A stretch of DNA of 57,395 nt, counting the filler, from Jimgerdemannia flammicorona (taxonomy: Eukaryota): the NCBI GenBank assembly GCA_003990765.1. It is 2 parts of 2 records of this genome, joined end to end, with 100 filler letters (N's around TTAATTAATTAA, not from the genome) between each part and the next. Parts side by side here need not be neighbours in the genome. Positions count along the whole stretch, not along the records: positions 28,754 to 57,395 come from RBNJ01000547.1; 1 more part is not named here. The stretch is one strand, 5' to 3'. The notes beneath the pieces were generated by a model. It ran no database searches. It was given only the letters and a program-made list of their open reading frames with translations, and was not told the origin of the DNA. This document shows positions 36,218 to 47,760 of the stretch, piece after piece. How positions within the stretch are numbered: the stretch's first letter is position 1; every line of letters starts with the position of its first letter. The position numbers and the translations under genes were made by a program.

Positions 36218-39200
36218 ATCTTTCTCTAGTAATATTTAGATTATACAAACTTCTAGCAATACTCACAACATTGTTTTTAGAGAATAGATATTAGAGACAT
36301 AGTGACTAATGAGCATTCTGAGGTATATACTAGATAGGGTGACCCTAGTATATTTGACTAGCAGCATGTGGGGAGGAGTCATGACTTAGGGGGAAGTATG
36401 TGAAACTTACTGGCTGGGGGATATAGAAGAGAAGAGGGTGGTGTTAGGAGACAGGAGACTAGGAGAATGAGCTTTACTGACAAGGTGAAGAGAGGATATC
36501 TGTTAATTAGTTTGGAGGGTTGGCTAAGGAAGAGCAGGAGATAGTGAGGGCTACAGGGCCTAGTGATATAGTCCAGAGTGGTAAGAGTAGTAGAGCTAAG
36601 AAAGTAGTGGCTGGAGGGAATAAGACTGCTGATAGCAAGAGGACTACTAATCTGGAAAAAAATTCAGATATGATGAGTAATAGTGGATCTAGACAAGGGG
36701 TGGGCACAAGGCCTGGAGACCTGATAAATAGTATAATAGGCCTGGTAGTAGTACTATTACTCAAGAAATCAAGGTTAGAATTTGTCATTATATTGAGTTT
36801 CTGGAACTTAGCAGTAATAGTGAGAATAATTCTAGGACTTCTGGCCCAGAAGGTAAAGGGTACAGCCTCAGTGAAATTTTTGAAAGGAGTAGAGGTGGGC
36901 TTCAAGAAGAAGGATATACTACTAAAAGCAATAGAGAAGAGAGTGGTGGTAGAGAAGAGTGGCAATCCCTATGATCTAGTACTTATACTGAGATCTCTAA
37001 GTAGTATAGTTGACAGTAGTGGATGTATTATAGTATTGAAGAAGGTGGTCAGAGAGTTGATTGTAGAGACTATCAAGGAGTATAGAGATATTATAGATAT
37101 TGAGTTTTAGGTCTGAGAGGGCATGGAGTTTAGGATAGGAGATATGGATATTAGAGTATAGTTAGTGAATAAGAAGAATATGGGAAAGACAAGGAACTGA
37201 CCAGTGGTCCTCAAATGGGAACCTATGGAGTACAAGATATTAAGAGTGAAAAGGATGCTAGAGGAAGAAGAGAACTTGCTGGAGGTATTAGAGAATCTGG
37301 CTGGGGCTATTGAGAGGAGGAGATTGGTCTGAAAAGAGTTTGAGACTAAGATAGTAGTAGAGATTATAAATGACAAGGTGCAGCTGGATTGAGCAGTCTT
37401 GGAGAGGATATAGGAGAGATATATTTAGAAGAATCTATTGGCAAAGTTGGAAGAAGGGTAAAGAGAGGAATCACTACTAAAGATATTGGGTTGAGAGTGA
37501 GTGCTTGGATAGGAGAGAAGAGAGTAATACTGAAGGAGACTCCAGAGAAGAGTAGAGACTCAGGACAGAGTATGGTCATAGAAGATAAAAAAATAGTCAA
37601 AGAGGAGTACTCTCAGTATAGAGTACTAGCAGAGGCTGGAGGAGATGATAAACTACAGAATGTACTAGAGGAGAATTGAGATGAGTTAGCAAGAATAAAT
37701 ATAGAGGAAGGGCAGGTGGAAGAAAGGAAGAGAGTGGTCCAGAGAGTGGAGAAGACTATTGATGAGGAGAAGTAGCTGTAGAAAACATTGACAAATATTG
37801 TAGCTAAGGAGCTAGGGGAAGAGAACTTTCAAGTACTGAGTGAGAGGCACTGGAGTGAAATCCTGCAAGATGAGAAGGTGCTGCAAAAACTCTGAGATAA
37901 GATAATAATAATATTGCTAGAGACTGAGGCATATCAAGTAGATGATACAAAAGAGGCAGAACTTCTGATAATTATAAATGACTGGGCTATATACCTGTGG
38001 GGTCTAAGAAAGAGGCTAGAAAAGTAACAGGTAGTATATGAGGAGTATCAGACAGATATAGAAGCAGTGGATTAGGCTAATTGTCAGAAAATCTTAGAGG
38101 TATTAAAGGCTCAGTAAGATGAGACAGATGAGCTTAAGGCAGAGAGAGACCTGGATATTACTAGTAATATAGTGAGTAAGAATTGTAGAGTAGACAGCTA
38201 TTCTTCAAATAACATTATTCAATATAAATAGTATAACTAGAATCTTCTTTTTGAATATCAATAGACTATAGAGTGCAGTAAGATATTGAAATATCTTTAG
38301 CTGGTTAAAGAGACTGAATACAGATTTATTCCTATTATAGAATATTAGATGTAATGGGAACTTAGATATTCTGAACTGGATACAGGAATGAGGTGGTATA
38401 GTTATATAGCAAGAGTATATAGGCATTCTAATTAGAAAGAATATAGAAGATATTAGAGATATTGGACATTGTGAGAGCAGAGTAGTGTGGGGAGTTTGGG
38501 AGAGGCTGGGCTAGTGACTCTTGACTATTGGATTATATTACTGTCCAGCAGAAAGAAGGGAGAGAATAGAGTGGATTCAAGGACAGACTATAAGAGCCTA
38601 GAGCATTGATAGAGGTAGAGATTAACTATCTAGATAGAGACTTTAATATAATATATGATAAGAAGATAGATAAAACAGATGGAGAAAGAAAGATAGCTAG
38701 TAGGAGTAGTAGTATAGAAGTCTGAAAGGAAGTCAAATATCTGAGTTCATTGATAGATACTGGGAGACTTAGATAGGGAGATTATAGGGTCTATACTCAC
38801 TGGGTAGTAGAGTTGGGTTTGAGGATCAACTAGATATTGACTGCTGAATGCTGAGAAGTTGATATCTGGAAAACTTTGGAAACTATTTAGTGCCTATAGT
38901 CTAATCACTGGGGTCTGCTAGGAGAGAGGAGCTTTGGGGGAAGTAGGAAGGAATCTGAATATTAGTATCTGAATACCTTATTACTAGGAGAGACCTCCTT
39001 ATGAGATATGTGAGTAAATGATATTAGCTTTAGAATACTTGGCTAGAGAGTAAAGAGGCTACTGATTGGAAATTATTGGAGATGACTGAAGTCAGATATA
39101 TAATAATAGTACTGAAGAGAGATAGGGAGAACATATAGTGCTCAGAGGAGGAAGTAAGTAAGATGGACCTTCCAGAGATTGACAAGGTTATTGGTAACTT

Positions 39201-39435
39201 GAGCAGATCTGCTGAATGATGATAAGAAGAGAGATTGGAGAATCTGATAGATCTAGCTGAAGGTGGAGGAGCTGAAGGATTACTGAGATAAGAGGAAGAC
39301 TTATAGATATAGGACATAGTAGTCTGGCTGAGGTGGCAGAGATTAGAGGAGGAGGAGAGGCCTATAAGGTTTTTATTATATATATCTTCTATAAGTGAGG
39401 AGAGTATGGCAGAGATGGAAGGGGGTATTGGATGA
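36218..39435 (+). mobile_element. LINE copy E, 5' UTR, ORF1 and EN region, strongly decayed
   Basis: SFTDKVK, ASVKFLKGVEVGF, RDFNI and *SNHWG motifs; starts exactly where copy D stops. Confidence 0.82.
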
Positions 39436-40672
39436 GGTAAGAGAGTTGGTTGTTGATATACTGAAGATTTTAGACCAATTGAGATATATGAAAGAGAGAA
39501 ATATCTATGTTCCATATGTATACTCATGTTTGAGATATGGTTCAGATGCTATCAATATGGTCTCATGCTGCTCAAAAATATGACATTTCTGGTATATCTT
39601 TACTGATTACTTCACTACCAAATCTCTTCAAAGCACTTGCAGAAGTATACAATAAAAGAGTAATACTATATTCAAAGAAAATAGAAGAGAAAATTGAAGA
39701 TATTATTCAAGGCAGAGATAAGGCTATACTACCACTACCATAAGAGAGAATACCACAACCTAAAGTCAAAACTGTCCAATCAGCCAAATGCTCAGCTGGT
39801 ATCAATGATGCCAAATGTCTAGCTGAAAATCTGAAGGATAAAAGGCCCAAATACAAAAGAATTGCAAAGTTACAGATAAAAGAAAACAAAGATGTCAATT
39901 AAACATACCAAGTAGATATATGAGTAGTATTTTTCTACCACTCTATTATGATCTCAAGAAACCATCTAAAACAATCATTTTACATTTGATTAATAGTGAT
40001 CACATTATATATGTTAAACTTCATCATAATGTACATTTGAACTACTACTACTTAACTCTATTTGTATAAATACAATTTGTAATTACCATTGAGAATAAAT
40101 CTATGTACTATGATATTGTGAACATATAGGTTGCAAATGCATTCTTACCATATATTAATGTGATTCTGAAATATGACCAAGTAAATTAAATTAACTATTG
40201 AACTCTACAAAATAATTCTGTTAAAAACACTATAACTCTCTACTAATACAAAATAAATAATTTATCTTTCAAAGTTATTGATTATATTTATTATAGTTAT
40301 TATAATATAAATAAAAGATATCTAATATTATAATACAATAAACAACTTTTATTTATTTAATTTTTATGAAATTTACCTTGAAGAGGAAGTTTATACTGAA
40401 TTTTGGTGCCCGATCGTAGTACTTATGCCGGCGCGAAATTCAGTTCCACCTGCCAATTTGAGTACGTTAAATTTAGTAGATGTTACCAGATACAAATCCA
40501 TTTTTATTCAGTTACTATACAACCGAACGTGGTAATGATTTTACGATAAAATATATTTCAATACTGAGTAGACCGACCACTGACAGCATAACTATACATG
40601 ATAAAAAATATGATAATGGCTATTTAATAAAACTGCTATGCTGTATAACTATATAAATATGATAATGGCTAT

Positions 40673-41894
40673 TTAATAATGAGTTGATCGACCACCAACA
40701 TCCATCAAAGCCTGCACATGACACGGCATACTCTCAATAAATTGTTGACAAGTTTTCTGTGGAATAGCATCTCACTCTTCTTGTAAAACATCCCATAAAG
40801 TATTGAGATTATTTGGCAATGGTTGATGATGACGAATAGTACGTCCAAGATAGCTCCAAATATGTTTGATTGGATTCATATCAGGAGACTTGGCAGGCCA
40901 GAATTCTAGCTGCTTGACACCAAGTTCTTCAAGCTCTCAACGAACCACTCTGGCATTATGTGCAGGAGCATTGTCCTGTTGCCAAATATAATTACCTTGG
41001 TGAATTGAACCATAATGCAAAATAATCCATGGAAGGACTTTTTCACACATCATAGTAAGATACACCTGACTAGTAATCCTAGTATCAATTCGGAAGAGTG
41101 GGCTCTTGTAATGCCAGGAAATCCAACCAAAGACCATGATGCCGCCACCATCACCTTGAACTCGATCATGTAGAACACACTCATCAAGATATTTTTCACC
41201 ATGTAGACGAAGAACGCGCCGCTCACGATTAGACTCGAATAAAGTAAATCGTGATTCATCTTAAAAAATAATCTAAATAAATTCAAATAAGATATACATA
41301 AATAAATAAAATAAAACAAAATTTACAAAGGGGATATATATATATATAATACTTACAGTACGCCATTTTGCATCAGACCAATGGTGGTGTTTAGATGCCC
41401 ATAGTAAGCGGCGAGCAATGTTTGAATTCGAAAGTAATGGCTTATGAATAGAAATTCGAGAGTAATAGCCAAGAGCTTTGATTTCACGTTTAATTGTTTT
41501 ATAGTGAAGTAGTGGTAATCCAGCATCTGCTAACAGTTGTGGAAATTCAATTAATGTTTGAAGCTAAAAATAAAACAGAAATGTAATTAGTAATATATAT
41601 ATAATGTAATAAATATTACAATTTTAATCTTACCGATTATTGCGAAAAATCGATTCTAATATTATACGCTGAGGTTCAGTTAGAGCACTGAGTCGTCCGC
41701 CATGACGAGGTCGAGTTGGAGTTCCGAATTCTTGATTAATGTGTAATTAATTGACGGCAGGTACGGTATGAATATCCATAATCTCGAGTAAGTTGCATAG
41801 GATTTCTATGGACTCGCCATGCACCAAGCATCTCGTGAGCAACAAGACGATTGATATAGCGACCAGAATGAGGGGTAGTTTCAGCAGTAGACAT
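40673..41894 (-). pseudogene. Tc1-like transposase with 2 introns (~41564-41634, ~41260-41356)
   Basis: DESRF, GGGIMVFGWIS, WQQDNAPAH, WPAKSPDMNPIKHIW (catalytic E->K), GGRSTHY*; internal TGA stops. Confidence 0.9.
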
Positions 41895-41964
41895 TTTTTG
41901 AATGATGAATAATGTTTCGAAGACAGTCTATTTATTCTGTACAGATTTCACAGGACATGTTAAG

Positions 41965-42168
41965 ACAGGACGTGGTGATTTCGCGACGTGGCAATTTCGT
42001 CATGTGTAAGACGCGCGATTTCGCGGGGACGTGGCAATTTCGTGAAAATGCGAGGATGTGGCAATTTCGTGAAGACGTGAGGACGTGACAATTTCGCGGT
42101 GTGCCATTTTGCGAGGATGTGCAATTTCACGAGGACGCGACAATTTCGTGAAGATGCGCGATTTCGGT
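41965..42168. repeat. CpG-rich tandem repeats in the Tc1 5' region
   Basis: ~9 imperfect units built on (G/A)CAATTTCG(T/C)GA..GACG(T/C)G. Confidence 0.85.
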
Positions 42169-42431
42169 TGCTTAGTACTATGTGGCACAAGTATGCTTGT
42201 GCTCAGAAATGTTGTACCAATATTTATTTAAGAGTATTTTAAACAGTATATTTTTTATTCAAGAGTACTTTATTATTGATGAATTTTGCCTCAAGTAGGC
42301 AGGTGGAACTCGCCGGCATAGTACCCCTGACACCTAAGTCGATAAATCGGGTAGTAGTCATGTGGTACCTGGAATTACGATAAAAGGCCCCGAATCTATT
42401 TCCTGGTCCCCAACCCCAATCACCATCTACA

Positions 42432-43443
42432 ATGCCCGTCAAAGCTGCCTGGGTTACTCTACTCACCCGCACAAACTACACCGCCGGTGTGCAGGTTCTC
42501 GTCCGCTCGCTCCAAAACGTGCAGTCGCAATACCCGCTCGTCGTCCTCTACACCCCTGACACCATTCCTGAGAGTGTCCTCGATCTGCTCCGTCACTCTG
42601 GCTGCATCACCCGGCCCACCCAGTTCTTCGCTCCGGAGGGTAAGATTGAGTATATATTTGACCGCTACGCCGACAACTGGACCAAGTTTAGGGCCTGGGA
42701 ACTCGACGAGTACGACCGCGTCATCCTGGTCGACGCTGACATGCTCGTGAGAAAAAACATGGACGAGCTGATGACGATGACACTCCAGGAGGGGTGGATT
42801 GCTGCCTGCCACGCGTGCACTTGCAACGCCATGAAGATCAAGCGGTATCCGGCCAATTGGTGAGGGCTGAGAATCATGGGCTAGATCTTCACATGGTTTC
42901 CATAAAGCTAATTGTATTGACTTACACCTATTCTTCCAGGATTCCCGAGAACTGTGCTTACGCAGGCTGCGACAAGTCCGCCTCTAATGCTGCCCCTCCG
43001 ATCTCCAGAATGGGTTTTTTCAACGCCGGTTTGGTCATTCTCAAACCGTCAAAGGCCGCCTTCCAAGAGATCGTCGACGCGCTTCCGGCCACAACTGATC
43101 CGAACGCTTTCCTGTTCGCGGAGGAGAACCATTTAAGCCGTCAGTAACCCTGTCAATCTTCGAAAGCATCACTAAATCCATGAAACTCCCAATCTGAACC
43201 ATCTCATCCTCCTGCACAGACGTCTATAAGGGCCGCTGGATCCCCCTCCCCTACATCTACAATGCGACAAAAACTCTATTCGTCGCTCACGGCACCATGT
43301 GGGACCACGATCGTGTCAAGAATATGCACTATAACATCGCCAAGCCCTGGGACACGGATATGGCCGAAGCCAAGAAGAACGGCGACCAGTTCTACGAGTT
43401 GTACACCTGGTGGTGGAGCATGTATGCCGAGTGCAAAAACTGA
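42432..43443 (+). CDS. glycosyltransferase family 8 protein (glycogenin/galactinol-synthase-like), 283 aa, exons 42432-42859, 42940-43139, 43220-43443
   Basis: AWVTLLT..NY..G, WTKFRAW, DxD (VDADML), CTCN, FNAGLV, LPYIYNA, HY..KPW; two 80-nt GT-AG introns give an 852-nt open frame. Confidence 0.95.
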
Positions 43444-44361
43444 GTGGCTTGTCTGGGCGCAGCTGGTCTTTGGGAACTGAGCCTGAGGATTGGGGCATGG
43501 AGTCGGTCCTTCCTGTCTTTGATATCCGAGCAGTGTTTATGTCGGAATGACGCAAAGTTATTTTTATGTATCTCTTACTTAAGGCTGAGTTTTGCACGAG
43601 CCACCCAATGTCCTTGTTACCTCAATACTCGAAGGAACGATGTTGTATATACATAAGAGGTCAGATTGCAGATTCGTCATACCAGAAAAAGTAAAAAGAG
43701 AACTTTTAAAAGATGTTGCTAAGTACTATTGATAGTAATTATGATGAGTGTTCTAATGTTGATATCAACTGTTTATTATCTATATGTCTATATGAAATAT
43801 AGAATATGTTAAATAAATATTAGCTTCTTGATTCAGCATATATATCTAACCTATATTCATTAAATAATACTACATTACTGCTATCTCTCTATATAAAATA
43901 TATTATTATGATATTTATTTAGAATATAAAAGCTTCTATATTATAAGTTACCAGTATTTTATATTGAATATAAAAATCATAAGCCTGATATAATAAAATA
44001 ATTGAGATAAAGATTTAATTAATTATAATATATAATTAAAACTAATCTTAAATTTAATATTATAAATAGTATAATTAGATATTTACTATTAGATATTAGT
44101 TAAATAGATTACTATATTAAAGAAAATTTTACCATTAATAATTTTTTTTAATTAACAATATTATCTAATAGTAAAATAAAATATCTAATAAATTGTAACT
44201 TTGTAATGAATAGATCTTATTAGTAGATAACTTATTTTATTTTTTCAATACTGCTAACTATTGAACTATAGCTAAATTTAATACTAAAGTAAAATTTAAA
44301 GTAGGTTTGAACTTGTTATAACTTTTAATAATATATATTTATAACTAAGAGAGATTCTATA

Positions 44362-44365
<4 letters not shown>

Positions 44366-44393
<28 letters not shown>

Positions 44394-45553
44394 TGGACTC
44401 ATAGTTCTGCAGATTTTTTTTGGAAGGAAACCTAGACTATATAGACCAAAACCCTCCCCCACTACCTACTGAACAATATCCCCCCATTAACCTAGGCTAC
44501 TAAATTGTCTAGCAGTCCTACCACTCTAGCTATATCTGTCAAACACTAGCTACATCAACCCCAATGACATAGACTAGACTTGTCTGCTTACTAAGGCTGG
44601 ATCATTGTTTACATGTGAGAGCACACCTATACATCAGATCTAGCAGCACTGGGACTAAATAAAGAATAGCCCCCTGAACCCTAAAAGAAAGCCTGAGGTA
44701 AAGAAAAAACCCCCCAACCAACCAATAGAGAGCAAAGTAGATTCAAAGTGGGTGAGTAAAGGACTTACATATGGGCTAGGGCCTGAAAAGACCCCACTCT
44801 CACTCCCTGAGCCTGTGGGCCTCGATCACATTACCATGTCAGCTCTCAGTTCCAGTCGGGTACTGCCAAATGAGGAAGGCCCCACTCCCCAAGCCTATGG
44901 GCCTCAATCACATTGCCACATCAGCTCCTGGTTCCAGTTGGGTATAGCCAGGACACTGGCCCCTGCACTACCCCACCCCCCACCAGTCAATCAAAAGGCC
45001 CCACCAAAATATTGTCTGCCCCAGCCCCAATAACTGCCCCCAGCCTGGCACCCCACTGGTTCACCATTATCACCCATCCTCCTATCTGTGATGGCCATCT
45101 CCCCTTCCAACCTGATAATACCTGAAAAACAGTCACCTATGCCAGAACTGTACTTGCCGGGAAGCTCACCAAAGCCAGAGGGCCCCACCACAGGCACCAA
45201 GGATCTGCAGGTAACCTACACTGAGCACTTGATGCCCAAGGTCAGCTGACTCCCTATGTAACCCATGATGCACTGAGGCTGTATCTTGTTGATGATGGCA
45301 AAAGGAAGAAGGCACTGCACCAAAATGGATGTACTCCAGATACAGCTGAAGGCACCAGAAACTGTGAAAAAGTAGAGAAGACACCAATCCAACACTGATA
45401 AAGGGGCAACTCATCACCATTGCTCTCCTCCCACCATACTTATGCAGGCACAGCAAACCAATTCAAGGTAGAGGGGGTAATAATAGGGGAAAGGAGACTC
45501 AGAAGGTTGCCTACCAAACCTTGTGACTGGTAAGGTAGCAGAGAAAGGGGTGT
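44366..45553 (-). mobile_element. 1.2-kb non-autonomous poly(A) retroposon, copy 2
   Basis: poly(T) 44366-44391; same 5' and 3' ends as 30292-31491; short internal duplication (GGCCTCRATCACATTRCCA) at ~44817/44900. Confidence 0.78.
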
Positions 45554-45555
45554 AA

Positions 45556-45835
45556 TAATGTTTTCCTTGCTAGGGTGATACTGAATTTCATAGTCAAAGT
45601 TGGTGAGGACTTTCATCCATCTGGCTTGCTTTCAAGAAAGGGTAGCCTGTGTCTTGATATTGACTAATAACTTGTAGTCAGTCAATATAGTGAAGTGTGC
45701 TCCTTCTAGGTATGGTTGCCATTTGATCAGAGTGTCTACAATGACTAGCATTTCCTTCTCATGGGTTGCATAGTTGATTTCAGCATTATTGAATTTGTAG
45801 GAGTGATAAACAACTGGGTGTCCTTCTTGTATGAG
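45556..45835 (-). mobile_element. RNase H fragment of the host gypsy element (continues at 51872)
   Basis: GHPVVYHSYKFNNAEINYATHEKEMLVIV...WQPYLEG; rejoins DASDLALGAVL across the inserted element. Confidence 0.88.
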
Positions 45836-46239
45836 TGTAATATTTTAGCATAGTTTATTTCTTTTCTTTATCTTTCTTCAATATTCTACAACCTTCCAGT
45901 ACTTTCCAAATGTTTAGAAATCCTTTCTTGGTGCCGAGCATCCTCTAATACTTATTTAGTTAGTCACTAATTGTCTTGGAAACTTGTAGAACTTTATTTG
46001 TCATCATTGTCATCTTTGTCGAGAACTTTCCTCTTGGCATTTTCCTTTGATTTCTCAGATCCTTCCAGATCCTTCTTTTAGATCTTGTATAAATATCTCC
46101 TTTGTTCTTATGAATAAAGCCTCAGAATATTTTCTCTCAGAAATCCTTTGAGAACACTTGAATCCTTAGTATCTCTTTGAGCTACTTAGGACTACCAGAA
46201 TTAGTTGCTTCCTCATTTAGAAACTAGAACCATTATACT

Positions 46240-46250
46240 TGGTAGCAGCA
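46240..46250 (+). promoter_or_regulatory. primer-binding site, probably initiator tRNA-Met
   Basis: TGGTAGCAGC 2 nt after the 5' LTR. Confidence 0.75.
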
Positions 46251-47340
46251 GTGAAGTTACACCTAGCCTTATCAAGACACCTCTCAAGATATCAGTCACA
46301 ACACTATAGAGGACAATGGGTGAAACCCTTCATACAGTACCTATAGTCCAGGCAATGCCTCATACAATCAGTACAATCAACAAGAAGAAGAGGAACAGCA
46401 AAACCCTACTCAGTCAAATGGGACCATCAAGAGTCTTTTGCAGACTGCATTAGCTCAGATTGCTCAACTTCAAGAACGTATAAAAAGAAAGAAAAGCAAG
46501 GCCCTCACTCATACCTTCGCACCCCTACTGACATCAATACATCTAACAGCAGTCACTATCAAGCCTCAGAAGCCTGACACCTTTGATGGGCAAAGAGGAG
46601 GACTGTCTACTGATGCCTGGCTTTTCCAATTGGAGCAATATGGAGAACTGACCAATTTGGAAGAAACAACACTAGTCCAATTTACTGCTACACTCCTTCG
46701 AGAGAATGCTGCAATCTAGTGGCAAAATCATGTCCAGAATACCAGATTCTCTGGCTGAATCAAGACCTGGGGTGAATTCTCTAATGCTATTCAAGGCCAA
46801 TTCAAACTGGTCAATAGCACTAAGGTCATGCGAGACCATCTGGCAAATATCAAACAACTCAAGTCTGTGCAAGCATACAATGCACAATTCCTATCAATCC
46901 TGCTAGAATTACCACATATCACTGAAGACAAGAAGGTTGACAAGTACATCCGAGGCCTGAAAGGTCAAACCCAAGTTCATGTTGAACTAGAAGAACCCAA
47001 GGACCTAGATACAGCAATGAAAATTGCTGATAGGTTTGATGTCATCACCTATGATCATCGCTTTGAACAGAAGAGACTGCCTTTCAACAATAATAACAAC
47101 CACAGAAGGGAGGAACCTAAAGTCAGAACTGTTGGACCTGCCCCCATGGACCTAGACACTATCGACAAGAACAAGAAAGGCAAGCTTATACCTGAGGAAA
47201 AGGAGTGCCTTAAGAAGACTAGAGCCTGCTTCTTTTGCTGTCAGCCTGGTCACATTGCAACCAAATGTCCCAAGAAAACCATGGAACCAAAGAGGATCCT
47301 GGTCTTGTCCAAAGACACTCAAGGTCAACCAGTCGAATAA

Positions 47341-47760
47341 GAAGTTGTACTCAATTTCATACAAGTCAACCCCAAGGCCCAGATCCCTCAAGCACAGTCA
47401 GAAGGAGCCATTGGTTTGGACCTTCAAGCAGTACAACAAGTCACTATTCTGGTACATGAGAGAAGGCTCATCCCAACTGGCCTTTCAGTTGAAATCCCCA
47501 AGGAACATTATGCAAGAATTATACCAAGATCTGGTCTCTGTTTCAAGTACTCATTGGATGTTAGTGCTGGAGTCATAGACCCTGACTTCTAAGGTGAAAT
47601 GCAAGTCCTGCTAGTCAACCACAAGAACTAGCTATATACCGTCAATGAAGGAGATAGAATTGCACAGCTCATTCTGGAGTGAGCCACCCTACCAGTTGTC
47701 AAAGAAGTCACCAAGCTGTCTTCAACCAAGCGAGATCAGAAAGGCTTTGGCAGCACTGAC
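47341..47760 (+). pseudogene. dut: trimeric dUTPase domain between Gag zinc knuckle and protease
   Basis: AIGLDL, IIPRSGL, AGVIDPDF*GE, GDRIAQLI, RDQKGFGSTD (dUTPase motifs I-V). Confidence 0.92.

Larger units (their letters stand above)
40422..42321 (-). mobile_element. Tc1/mariner DNA transposon with imperfect TIRs and TA target duplication
   Basis: Left TA|CTTATGCCGGCG..AGTTCCACCTGCC versus right GGCAGGTGGAACTCGCCGGCATAG|TA. Confidence 0.85.

Noticed and set aside
39435..39960. Protein-like fragment (YLCSIC...; ERIPQPKVK...) after LINE E
   Set aside because: Too short and decayed to assign
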